Shown: positions 48,031-58,009 of the stretch, piece by piece
How positions within the stretch are numbered: the stretch's first letter is position 1
How the letters are laid out: each line of letters begins with the position of its first letter
Virus record (IMG/VR): IMGVR_UViG_3300037424_000224
Coordinates: 10,662 to 74,661 of that record
Source: a virus
Lineage: Duplodnaviria > Caudoviricetes
Length of the DNA stretch: 64,000 nucleotides
Direction: 5' to 3' (one strand)
Notes under the pieces: model-generated
What the model saw: only the letters and a program-made list of their open reading frames with translations
What the model was told of the DNA's origin: nothing
Databases searched by the model: none
Made by a program: the position numbers and the translations under genes

Positions 48031-48503
48031 CAAAATTAAATGTACCAGATGCAAATACAGGCAAATTTCTGGAAATAGATTTAGATAATCCTGCTGGTAG
48101 TTATTATGTTACAGACGTTAATACCGGTAAACTAAGATTAATTGATTTAACCAATAATACCGGCAGTTATTATGTTAATGATGCAAATACTGGAAAAGAT
48201 GTATTAATTGATTTGGCTAATTTATCAGGAAGTATTTATACTAGAGATGAAAACACAGGTAAGTTAGTTTTAATTAATTTAGCATCTCCTAGTGGAAGTT
48301 ATTATGTAACTGACCCTAATACCGGTAAATTAGTATTAGTAGATGCCTCTAAATGTATAGTATTAAATAATGGCGGCCTGCGCTCCGGCGTGAGCGTGGG
48401 TGGCGGGGGCGAGCCTGCTACTGTTGGCGACTTCCTGCTGATGGAAGATGGATCGTTTCTACTGCTCGAATCCGGCGATCAAATTCTACTGGAGAGTAAC
48501 TAA
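48027..48503 (+). CDS. Protein with five 22-aa tandem repeats fused to an LLxEDG-type tail motif
   Basis: VxDxNTGKxxxIDLxNxxGSYY x5, then GGG linker and DFLLMEDGSFLLLESGDQILLES. Confidence 0.7.
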   Translation: MTKLNVPDANTGKFLEIDLDNPAGSYYVTDVNTGKLRLIDLTNNTGSYYVNDANTGKDVLIDLANLSGSIYTRDENTGKLVLINLASPSGSYYVTDPNTGKLVLVDASKCIVLNNGGLRSGVSVGGGGEPATVGDFLLMEDGSFLLLESGDQILLESN

Positions 48504-49396
48504 TGGCTAATTCAAAAGTTTCAGCACTAACGGCGGCGACTGTGATCAACGATACTGATTTGTTCTACCTCAGTCAGGGAGGCGCAGACCGCAAGGTACC
48601 CGCTTCGCTTCTCAATGGGTTGGGGCGCTACGCAAACGTCGTTGTCGTTGACAGCGGCGGGGCGGGGGATTACACCACGCTGGCGGCGGCGCTGGCGGCG
48701 ATCACGGATGCCAGTGCGACTAATCGATATGGCATCATCGTCATGCCAGGAGTCTACAATGTATCCGCCGCTTTTGACATCTGCAAGGAAGGGGTCGATA
48801 TATGTGCGCTTATACCAGGGACAGTTGTCCTTACCGGTAGTGTGTCGATTAGACTTGGCTATAGCACAGGTTCAGTGTCGAGGTCTTTGATCTCTGGGAT
48901 CAAATTTATTAACGTTGGGAATAACACCAGCTGGGCTATCTCGTGTAGCGCAAACAATTCATTTAATGCAAAACTTCACCTGTGTGAGTTCAGAAAATCA
49001 ATTGGAAGTGGCGGCCCGGTTGATGTTGGTGGTGATGCAGCAAGCCTACTTGAATTTAACGGTTGTGTGATGGCGCACGACGAGGTAACTGATGCTGCCG
49101 CTCGTTTTGCAGTCCGAGTTGGACTTGCAACAGACGTGATGGCACGGATCATTGATTGTGATCTCATTGCGGTATCGACACATGTAGATTCTGCGTGCCT
49201 ATACGACAATCTGGGAGGAATTGAATTACCGTTGTCGGTACTTCAGTCACGACTGAAGTGCTCTGCAAACATGGTGCGCAGTGCTGGAGACGTCTCCATT
49301 TTCGGAATTGCATTGTGCATGTTGCAAACAAGTACATTCGTGCAATTCACGAACAGGGTAGTCGCGCCAGGGAACGTTGTTGATGCGGGTTTTTAA
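48503..49396 (+). CDS. Tail fibre/spike protein with pectinesterase-like beta-helix start
   Basis: MANSKVSALTAAT N-terminal attachment motif; VVVDSGGAGDYTTLAAALAAI. Confidence 0.7.
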   Translation: MANSKVSALTAATVINDTDLFYLSQGGADRKVPASLLNGLGRYANVVVVDSGGAGDYTTLAAALAAITDASATNRYGIIVMPGVYNVSAAFDICKEGVDICALIPGTVVLTGSVSIRLGYSTGSVSRSLISGIKFINVGNNTSWAISCSANNSFNAKLHLCEFRKSIGSGGPVDVGGDAASLLEFNGCVMAHDEVTDAAARFAVRVGLATDVMARIIDCDLIAVSTHVDSACLYDNLGGIELPLSVLQSRLKCSANMVRSAGDVSIFGIALCMLQTSTFVQFTNRVVAPGNVVDAGF

Positions 49397-50379
49397 CCGA
49401 TGGCACGCCAAGTGCAACCGCGTATGCGTGGTCATCGGATAGCGTATTGCGCGGACAGTTTGAAAGCGAAACGTCGCAAGACGCCAATTCCGATTTTGGC
49501 GCGTGGGTGATGCAGCCGGTGGGAGATGATCTGCTGATCGGGTTGAGCAACTTTCCAGCAGATACTAACGGTGCGCTGGTCACTCGGACAACAGACGGTA
49601 GTACCTTTACAATCGAGCGTGTGCTTGACGAGCAAGGCGTTCACGACATGCAGATGGTGGGCGATCGGCTCTTTGTCCCCGGAACTGACCCGACCGACGA
49701 CTGGACGCTCGGAAATCTCTATGAGCGCAGCGCGTTGGGCATTTGGACAAAACGCCGCACCATGCCGAATGTGTTGCACTCATTTGGCTTGTGGCATGAC
49801 GGGACGAATTTGTTTGTGGCAACCGGTGCGCACACCGGAGACAATGCAACGTGGCGCGGTAAGGTGCTGAGTTCGGTTGACGATGGTGCGACGTGGGCTG
49901 CACAGGTGGATGTCAACAGTTATCGGATACTGGACGCGATCGGACACGGCGCGAAACTCTACGCGATTGGCTATGACTGGACAGGCACGCAGTACACGCA
50001 GGATTTGCATGTGAGCGCCGACGGCGGTGCGACGTGGAGCAAAGTGGCAGGCGTCACGCCGGTCAAGCGACCGAGGATGATCGCGCTCGGCACATCACTG
50101 CTGGTAGCAGGAAGCAGCACGCTCTATCAGATCGACGCCAGTCACGCAGTCACGACGCATAGTCTCCCGTTCACGGTTCCAGACCTATACAACGTCATGG
50201 TAACGGATGGGTCAAGTGTCTATGTGATTGATTCAAGCGGTTACGTGTGGCGCTCTTCTGATCTAAGCAACTGGACACGCTACACCTATGTCGCCAACGC
50301 GATTTCGCTGTGCTGGTGGGCCGGGGTGGGGTTGATGATCGCGGACGCGGGGCTGAATGCACGAATCTGGAAGGCGTAA
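49384..50379 (+). CDS. Asp-box beta-propeller domain, probably expressed as a -1 frameshift extension of 48503
   Basis: Open frame from 49384 with no ATG near its 5' end; SSVDDGATW, VSADGGATW, RSSDLSNW Asp-boxes. Confidence 0.7.
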   Translation, partial: CGFLTDGTPSATAYAWSSDSVLRGQFESETSQDANSDFGAWVMQPVGDDLLIGLSNFPADTNGALVTRTTDGSTFTIERVLDEQGVHDMQMVGDRLFVPGTDPTDDWTLGNLYERSALGIWTKRRTMPNVLHSFGLWHDGTNLFVATGAHTGDNATWRGKVLSSVDDGATWAAQVDVNSYRILDAIGHGAKLYAIGYDWTGTQYTQDLHVSADGGATWSKVAGVTPVKRPRMIALGTSLLVAGSSTLYQIDASHAVTTHSLPFTVPDLYNVMVTDGSSVYVIDSSGYVWRSSDLSNWTRYTYVANAISLCWWAGVGLMIADAGLNARIWKA

Positions 50380-50472
50380 GGCCAGCTAATGGCGTTTAGG
50401 CGCACTAAATGGGCAGTTCAAGTAATGGTTCTTACCGAATCAGGATTGTTCCAGAGGTGGTGGTCTGATTAA

Positions 50473-50889
50473 ATGAAAATAAAAACCCAACCTAATAATT
50501 ATAGTTGCGGTATTTATAGTATAATAAACTCCCTGATAGTCTTTGGTGATAGTAAAACTCCAGAAGAAGTCGGGGAGTTTACTTCTACCACTAAAGAAGG
50601 AACAGATACACCGGGAATTTATAATGCTCTAGATAATTTAGGTTACAAGTATAAAGTCTATAAAACAAGAAATAAAAATAATGCTTGGAGATTGGTCTTA
50701 ACTAACTCCATAAACTATCCCCTAATACTCTATTTAGATAAAGATCATTGGGCAGTTATCACAGGAAGAATAAAAAACAAAGTAATTCTAATAGATAGCT
50801 TCGATACAGCTCATATAGACAATAAACAAGAATTATTAGCAAGATGGAGTAACTTTGGTAACTTCTTAGGGATTAAGGTAAGCTTTTAA
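50473..50889 (+). CDS. Peptidase C39-like cysteine protease
   Basis: QPNNYSCG, GTDTPGI, DHWAVI, LIDS (Q-C-H-D). Confidence 0.8.
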   Translation: MKIKTQPNNYSCGIYSIINSLIVFGDSKTPEEVGEFTSTTKEGTDTPGIYNALDNLGYKYKVYKTRNKNNAWRLVLTNSINYPLILYLDKDHWAVITGRIKNKVILIDSFDTAHIDNKQELLARWSNFGNFLGIKVSF

Positions 50890-50904
50890 ATGATTTTGTA
50901 CTGA

Positions 50905-51080
50905 AACTATAAGTTTTGAAAAGTACAACTTATAGTATTAATACAAACAATAGGTTTCTGAAAACTTAATTTATAATGGTTTACTAGAACTATAGCTTTT
51001 CAGAAGTTTAATTTATAATATTTTGTACTAAGTATAAATACGTTATAGGAACTATCAGTTTTTGAAACTAGATTTTATAG
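50905..51080 (+). repeat. Four imperfect 31-bp repeats at 50905, 50946, 50988, 51050
   Basis: Consensus AACTATAGnTTTTGAAAnnnnAnTTATAR; start spacings 41, 42, 62 bp. Confidence 0.75.
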
Positions 51081-51195
51081 TGGTCTAGCACTACCTGGCC
51101 GCCCCGCGCCCCTAAGCAGTGAATTTTTTCACGATGGGGGGGGGGTCTATACTAATCCCATATAGTCTAGTACATTAGTAGTATTTTGTACTAAT

Positions 51196-51226
51196 AAAAA
51201 AGCCCTGAATTATATCAGGGCTTTTT
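51196..51226. terminator. Bidirectional rho-independent terminator
   Basis: AAAAAA-GCCCTGA-ATTATA-TCAGGGC-TTTTT between convergent units. Confidence 0.85.
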
Positions 51227-51255
51227 GTTTGTTCTATTCAATTGTAGGGTTTGTT

Positions 51256-51528
51256 CTAGCCCAACCACTTTTTACCTGCAACCCGGTTACCATCTTCTCG
51301 CTTGATAGTGGTAACCTTGGGCTTGCGAGTGTATTGGTACCGCCCGTAGGCTAGTATCAATACTAAGGCGATGGTTAACACAATGCCGATCACGGTGGTA
51401 TCGCCGCCAGTGCCGTTTTTGAGGGCATTGTACACACAGCCCGTTATCTGGGTTGTGCACGGGTTGGTATTCAAGACAGCCATTACGAATAGGGCTAACA
51501 GGGCTACGATCACGATCACGAGTACCAT
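51256..51528 (-). CDS. Small membrane protein
   Basis: Two TM helices; AAAGGAAAAAC RBS-like leader. Confidence 0.6.
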   Translation of the reverse strand: MVLVIVIVALLALFVMAVLNTNPCTTQITGCVYNALKNGTGGDTTVIGIVLTIALVLILAYGRYQYTRKPKVTTIKREDGNRVAGKKWLG

Positions 51529-51603
51529 TTTTGTTTTTCCTTTGTCTCAGTTGAGAATAGTGGGGGCGAATGTCCTCGCCCCCTTGTTTTGTTGTCGATT
51601 GTA

Positions 51604-52032
51604 CTACTTGACGGTAATCTCGCGCTTAGCCGTTTTGGCGTTACCCGTCGTGCGAGCGGCTTTAGTGGGGACTTCCATTTTGTCGAAGTGGTAGACTTTG
51701 TTCACGGTCAGCGTCAAGGCATCGATCAATAACATAGTAGCTTTGTCGTCTGTGAAGTCTGAAGCTTTCGCACCACGAGCGATCATTGCCACCATTGCCC
51801 ATTGCTTGACACTGAAAAGCTTGTCGGCAGATTCGATCTGGTACACTGCCTTCAAGGTCTTATTGCCCAAAGTGGCAAAGAGCTTGCCCATATCTTCGGC
51901 CTTGTCGGTGTCAAGCCCGTTAATCTTGGCGTGTTGAAAAATCCACGCGGTACTGAAGCTCTTGCCAAAGAGACCACCAAGAATCATCAAAACATCTTTC
52001 AACGCATCCAATAGACTGTACTTAGCTGCCAT
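51604..52032 (-). CDS. Hypothetical protein
   Basis: GGGGATGATAAC ATG start; coherent codon pattern. Confidence 0.65.
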   Translation of the reverse strand: MAAKYSLLDALKDVLMILGGLFGKSFSTAWIFQHAKINGLDTDKAEDMGKLFATLGNKTLKAVYQIESADKLFSVKQWAMVAMIARGAKASDFTDDKATMLLIDALTLTVNKVYHFDKMEVPTKAARTTGNAKTAKREITVK

Positions 52033-53673
52033 GTTATCATCCCCTATTCTGTAATTGCTTACACCCTAACCCTAAGTCATAGCGGTCAATGGGTGACATA
52101 ATTCTCACTTCTCAATTCATTGTATACGACAAGTCGATTTAGACTTTTATGTTTATTATCACGTTTCGTTAGTCCGTGTTATAATTTGTTCTCATTTTTT
52201 GCTGTTGCCCCAAAGCGCTGTATCGACTGTCTAGCGACTAATATGTGCTTTTGCTTTGATGAGAGCTTAACGAATTTTTTTTGTCTCGTGTGTTTTGTCC
52301 TCCGTGTTTCTTCCTGTCTATGGCACAAGTATATAGCTAGAACGCTGTGGAGCATATAGTACCCTAGTCCTAATTTAGATTAGAGACAGATGAGTGAGAA
52401 CCAGTACATAATAACCAGCGAGTAAGATCTAAGTATATTTGTTCTACTAAGTATACTAATTCAATAGAAGATAGTAAGTACACATACTAAGTAATTACAG
52501 ACTACTTTCAGCGTCTACTTATCTTAGTATCTAAGTAAAGAGTAGATACTAAGATATTGTACTAACTTTTCCCGACAAGGCAGGTTGGAACTAACTGTTT
52601 TCTGGTACTATCCGTATATAAGCACTAACTAAATATGGGAACTCAATTATTTTGTACCATAGAACAGAACTAAGGTGGATACTGAAAATAGATGAACACG
52701 GTACAAAATGTTGCTCATTTTAACTAGAGCAGGGTACGTATAGATGCACGAAATAGTACAAAATCGGTTGGAACTAACTTTTATGACGCACTAACTCTAT
52801 CTGGTAGGGGGTCAAATGTTATTATTTCCTATTAAATTTGAATATGTACTAACTAATTCTATGACGCACTTAGTAGGTTATTGCCCATAGTTTACACGGT
52901 ACCGTGTAAGAACTGGCACGACAAGGCGGTTCGAACTAACTTTTATCCTGAACAAACTCAAGATAGATACTCACTTATTACCGGTACCATGTTTTTGTAC
53001 ATTTGTTTTTACGGTGTGAACTAACTAAGTGTAAAAATACACTTTCATACGTAAAAACCAGCAGATTTGGTGTGTACAAAATAGTTCATATAGATGGTTG
53101 TCTATATGAGTTTTGGCCGCGTGGTAGGTACCTGCTATCTAGGCTCTTTTATTATTGGTGTCTACTATGTCTAGTCCTTTTTTTCATTGTTGTCTACTAT
53201 GCTTTTAGTTTGTACTTAATGCCTAGTGTATATTTGGATTGCATGGTCTAGTGCTTATAACACATTCTATCTCTATACTGCTGTATCTTATGCTTAGATT
53301 TTATACTATTTTGTACTCTATATCCCAAATATATCCCAATATGTTAGTTCTTACTTATTTGGGTTATTGTCTGTTTTTAATGTTATCTCTCCCTGGTATT
53401 TTGTACTAGGGATTTTTATTTTCTTCTGTTTTACCCCTCAGTTCTACAGGTAACAGAACGACTGTCAATACTGGAAAATTACCAAATCTGTACCTAGTTT
53501 TTGCCTTCAAATTTTAATTGGTTTATTATTTAGGCATTGGGTGTCATCTTAGGGGTGTCGCCTCTCTGGTGCATTCTGGTGATGATTTCAGTACAAAATA
53601 CTTATTTATTAGTTAACCAGAGGTCTGACGACTGTCCTCTTAGAACATCTGTTCTGTCCGCCCCTTGACAGAT

Positions 53674-53702
53674 TTGCAAATTGACTTGACTTATGATATG
53701 AT
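53674..53702 (+). promoter_or_regulatory. Probable sigma70 promoter TTGCAA-17-TATGAT (extended -10) for the rightward early unit
   Basis: Overlapping TTGACA/TTGACT hexamers nearby; precedes a long leader and ORF 54126. Confidence 0.45.
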
Positions 53703-54125
53703 GTGGGCTGATGTCGTGATGACATCGCGATATAGATTCTAGTATGCCAAGTAGCATCAAGAGTGAATCTATAAACAACTAAAAAGTAATGAACACCAAA
53801 GAGTAGTAACAGCGCCGTAAAGTACCTTGAGAAAGTAATTACTTAGTAATCACAATCCTCTAGGGAACTGAGCAAAGAGAAACTCCCGGTGAACACGAAA
53901 TAGTAAATATGGACAATGGGTAGTAGAAGTCCCCGTAATCACTAAAGCCTATAACACCTCCCTAGTCCTGACTATAACAGTCGAAATAAGTCTTTAGTGT
54001 AATCGGGAACAAAAAACATTTAAGTTGTAATTTTAGGATAATTGTTCTATTAGTTTAGGCTAGAACACATTTTAACTGAATATGCGACAGTGAGAGCTTA
54101 TTAGTTTGTTCTAGTAAGCTCTATT

Positions 54126-55048
54126 TTGTTTCATATCCCAAATCTAGGAGATGAGTTCATGTGTGCCCGATGTATTGACCGAACAAGTAGTAAGGTAGAG
54201 GAGTTGCCGAGTTATATCTATATTACCCGATATGGAGCTTTGGCAATTCTGAATGAGCTAGTACAGCGAAGATGGATTGACCAAGGGGCAGTTAAGAACT
54301 TGTGGCAGGATTTGAAAGAGTTGCACTCGGTTCTGTTAGTCACCGGAGCTAAGTTGTTCCGGGATCGTGAAGGTAACATCGGCGTGGGTGCTTATGCGTG
54401 GAATCATTCAGACATTGCGCCCTATATGCAGTATCAACTCAAGGAGGTTTAATAGTGGAAAAAGTTTTGTTTGCGTGTGTTTGGATGTTGGCGATTGTAC
54501 TCGCTACGGTGTTGACTGGACTGGTCTTTTCCAAGTCAGTTCGGACTTTCTGGAAAGAAGCTTACAAGATTGACTGGTTGTATGCTGTAGAAGGTGTAAG
54601 TCAGAAGCGGTGGTTTATTACGCTGTTTGCACCTCGTTGGGTAATATCTGTAATGAATTTTCTCGTCTGCAAGCGCTACCCTGTCCAGCGGCGCTTACAC
54701 ATCTGGAAGTTGCGCCTAAATCCTGAGTATCATACAGGGTTCAAATTCTTCAAGAGCTTCTACTGGTACTTGAAGATTTACCGGCACGGATATTACTTTT
54801 CTGGGTTGCAGGGAAGTTGTACTTTCTCGCGTTTGAACTTCGAGAATAAGGATACACACAAGGTAGCAATCGTGGACATTGATTACGGGGACGGTGAGGA
54901 CTTTGGTGAGTTCAAATCCGGTGCTTTTGTTCACGCACACTCTTGGAAGTCTGGATCAAATGTAACTCTGCATCGGTGGGATGAAAATCCAGTCTATCAG
55001 CGTGAGAATGTAGCACGCGAGTTGAACAACGACGAGTTTGATTTCTAA
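54126..55048 (+). CDS. Two hypothetical early proteins (54126-54452; 54398-55048, likely start GTG 54455)
   Basis: AGGAG and AAGGAGG RBS upstream of internal starts. Confidence 0.6.
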
Positions 55049-55110
55049 ACCACATACGGGGCGAGAACAGAACTCGCCCCGGTACTCAAAATCTCTAGGA
55101 GAAAACTAAC

Positions 55111-55983
55111 ATGGGAAAGTCAATGAGTAAAATGGCAGTGGCGAAAGCTGCACAGGGTTTGTTCCGAATTCCTGAGAACTTGACACGAAAACTCAAGCAT
55201 GGTAGTAAAGAAGAAGGTGAACAGAAGAAAGAGTTAGATGCGTGGATTATTGACCGTGATGAGAAGATTAGTCAAGTTGTTCGCTGGCTACAAGCTGATG
55301 GGGCAGTTGATTTTGATTACATCAACGCTGAACAGTTTAACAAGCTCAAGAAAAACCTCAAGGCTGAAGCCATCAAGGTCAGTGATGTATCTGGTGGTAT
55401 CTGGACGGTGACATGCACCGTCAAAGCTAAGACCGCTGAACAGCAGTTAGCTGGACTTGTTGGTGATGGCCCCGAACAAGAGAAGTACAATCGCGAGGTT
55501 AAAGCTTACGAAGTTAAAAAGACCAAGTGGAATAAGCGTTGGGGAAAACTGGTTGAAGCTCGTGAAACATACCACTCACTGCTGAAAGTCTTGACCGCTG
55601 ATCTCGCGCTGAAAGAAGTTAAAGCGCAATTTGGGTACAAAAAGTGTGAGTTCATGGCACAAGTTCCACCTAAGCCTGCTCACCCACGAGCTCCTGAGGC
55701 TAAGAAGGCTCGCGTAGTTCGAACTATCAGGATTTCTCTGTTTCGTGTAACAACTAAGAAAATAGTTGTGAACAAGAAAGTAAACAAGATGGGAAAGTCT
55801 GTTACCAAGAAGATGTATAAAGAAGTTACTACAACAGATTTGGTGCATGAAATGATTGCACCGTTAGACAATGATATTCACGCTAAAGAAATACCGATGG
55901 TGGTAGCTGAAGTCTGTGCTCGGTTGCCGCGTGGTGGAGTTATCCCACAGTGGGATCAATATGAATACAAGATCGTAGGGTGA
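55111..55983 (+). CDS. Lys-rich hypothetical protein
   Basis: AGGAG RBS; 290 aa, basic. Confidence 0.75.
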   Translation: MGKSMSKMAVAKAAQGLFRIPENLTRKLKHGSKEEGEQKKELDAWIIDRDEKISQVVRWLQADGAVDFDYINAEQFNKLKKNLKAEAIKVSDVSGGIWTVTCTVKAKTAEQQLAGLVGDGPEQEKYNREVKAYEVKKTKWNKRWGKLVEARETYHSLLKVLTADLALKEVKAQFGYKKCEFMAQVPPKPAHPRAPEAKKARVVRTIRISLFRVTTKKIVVNKKVNKMGKSVTKKMYKEVTTTDLVHEMIAPLDNDIHAKEIPMVVAEVCARLPRGGVIPQWDQYEYKIVG

Positions 55984-55987
55984 GAAC

Positions 55988-56353
55988 ATGACTAAGTACG
56001 AACTATTACGAAAAGCGGTCAAAGCCCGCAAGAAGTATCCTGAACGAAGCTTTAACTGTTGGGGATTTACTGCGTACTTAATGGGCTGGATAAAAACTCC
56101 TAGATGGCTAAATGAGTGTGAGATTGAAAGGTTAATTCAAGACCATTGTAATTTAGATGGTTTCGGAGAGATTTTAATATTCAGATATGGTGAAGAAAGG
56201 CCCTGGATAGTTCATACCGCGATTTTACTGGATAATGATACAGTTTTACACAAAGATGGTGAGTTAGAAATTAGAATTGATCCTTTATGGGATGTACAAA
56301 CATGGCATTACGGAATGTATAGAAACTATGAAGCCGCTACTGCCGTTCAGTAG
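55988..56353 (+). CDS. Papain/NlpC-P60-like Cys-His protein
   Basis: FNCWGF...HTAILLD...HKDG. Confidence 0.5.
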   Translation: MTKYELLRKAVKARKKYPERSFNCWGFTAYLMGWIKTPRWLNECEIERLIQDHCNLDGFGEILIFRYGEERPWIVHTAILLDNDTVLHKDGELEIRIDPLWDVQTWHYGMYRNYEAATAVQ

Positions 56354-56440
56354 TAACTTCCACGAGAAGGCAGTTTGAACTATTGGGCTTTCTGTTCGTG
56401 TACAGTATTCACGACAGTATAAACTTCTAAGGAGATTACC

Positions 56441-57874
56441 ATGTTAGTTATTCAGAAGAATCACAAAAGCGGGGTCGGCGGCATTGAAGTTGGTTGGCAT
56501 ATTAGAGAACACTTAGATGTTGGGTACCACGAAGTTCCGCTAGTAGAAGAAGTTCAAGCTGATGGAGACGAGTTGGAGCTGGTTCGTGAGATTTGTCAAA
56601 ATATACCCATGACCAATGGTCACGTTGTCCGTTGGTTTGGTGATACTGCGAAGTTCATCGTTGCGTCGTTGATCAACTACTACTAAGGAAAAACAAACAT
56701 GACGACTAAGAAACTTTCACCTAGGGTATCACTACCCTACAAGATGTTACCTGAGGACGTTCGAGATGCAGTTGAACGATTGTTGGTTAAATTTCCAGAT
56801 GCTACAGGAATTGAGTTGTTTGTAAATGGTCAGTGTACTGTTGGGTATGTGTTTACCCGCAATGACCGAAAGATGAAGTATATGTGGATTCCGCTCACCA
56901 TGCCAGTTCCAGTTCCAATGCAATCAGTTGTGGATGTTTTGACCTTTAAGCAGATGTTATCTCAGTCGGAGTTCAAACACAATGAGGAGTATCTGGTTAT
57001 TACACCTAAGTGGTGGGTAGCTGAGACCCTGAACAGCAGAGCTTTGTCCGTTGAAAAAATACCGAACATCTTGGATTACGATTTAGGAGTTAAATAACAT
57101 GGGCGATAAATGGAGCTCTGAACAGTTTAGACAATATGCACGCGATTATCTAAATGGTGACAAATCTCGTTACGAAACAAAAGAAATGCCGCCCGTGCGT
57201 AATAAAGTTATTGATGCGGAGATTAAAACTGAACGAGAAGCTTTTTTACAACAAAAGCTGAAAGGAAAAATAATCGTGGAAGGCAAAACTCTGTTAGTAA
57301 AAGTTGCATACACAATTGACGTGGAGTTGGAAGTGTCCGGTGAAGACCTTGAAAAAGCTCTGCGAGATACAACTCCAGAGGATTTTGAGGTTATCGAAAA
57401 GCTTCGTGAACAAGCGAAAGAAAAGGCCGATAAATACCTTTTTGATGGTTGTCCGTGCATGGTAATTCAATGTAGCCAGTTAGAAAACTTGGAGGAATAA
57501 TGAACACCTTGAAAGAATACCAAGAGTTTCGTAAAGGTAATACTGGTCACGACCTGAGCTACGGGATAGCTCGGATTGATTTTGCTCAGTTAGTTGAGGC
57601 AGTTGACATTGGAGTAGGTCTTGCCTCTCGTCAAGTTGAAGATGAGTTTAGTAAGATTCGGCACGAGTTGATGTCTGACAATGTGCATAAGCCTGAGTTT
57701 GTTCACGCTTGTAATACTGCTGAACATCTAGTACGGTCTGCAAAGCAGTTAGAAAAGTTGGTCAAAGCTGCCAAGGTCTTACACGGGGCTGAAACTCGTG
57801 CAGATATAATCTGGTGCAATCGTCCACCAGAAAGTCAGTTACAGCGGATGTATTGGGAGGGTCAAGGTGAATAA
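56441..57874 (+). CDS. Four hypothetical early proteins (56441-56686, 56699-57097, 57099-57500, 57500-57874)
   Basis: Each has a GGAG/AGGA RBS; tightly packed. Confidence 0.7.
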
Positions 57875-58009
57875 CAAAATCGCCGTCCATTCAGTTAAAA
57901 AGTCCAAAGAAGGAATAACCTTGGAAGTGGTTGGTGGTGAATCAAGTGGTACGTTTCTTCTGCCGTGGAATGAGTCGGAACATCAAAAAACTCTTGGAGG
58001 GTAAGTAAG

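Noticed and set aside
48615-50010. Many overlapping alternative-frame ORFs in the GC-rich island
   Set aside because: Expected from stop-codon scarcity at high GC; no motifs or RBS.
40133-50379. Diversity-generating retroelement acting on tail fibres
   Set aside because: No reverse transcriptase and no TR/VR pair differing at adenines is visible in the window.
50905-51080. Possible CRISPR mini-array
   Set aside because: Repeats are too degenerate, spacers are 10-31 bp and irregular, and there are no cas genes.
52062-52074. Telomere-like ACCCTAACCCTAA
   Set aside because: Only two units; compatible with chance.
53003-53251. 82-aa hydrophobic ORF (also 52120-52359)
   Set aside because: TTG start, no RBS, low-complexity T-rich composition within the motif-rich non-coding zone.
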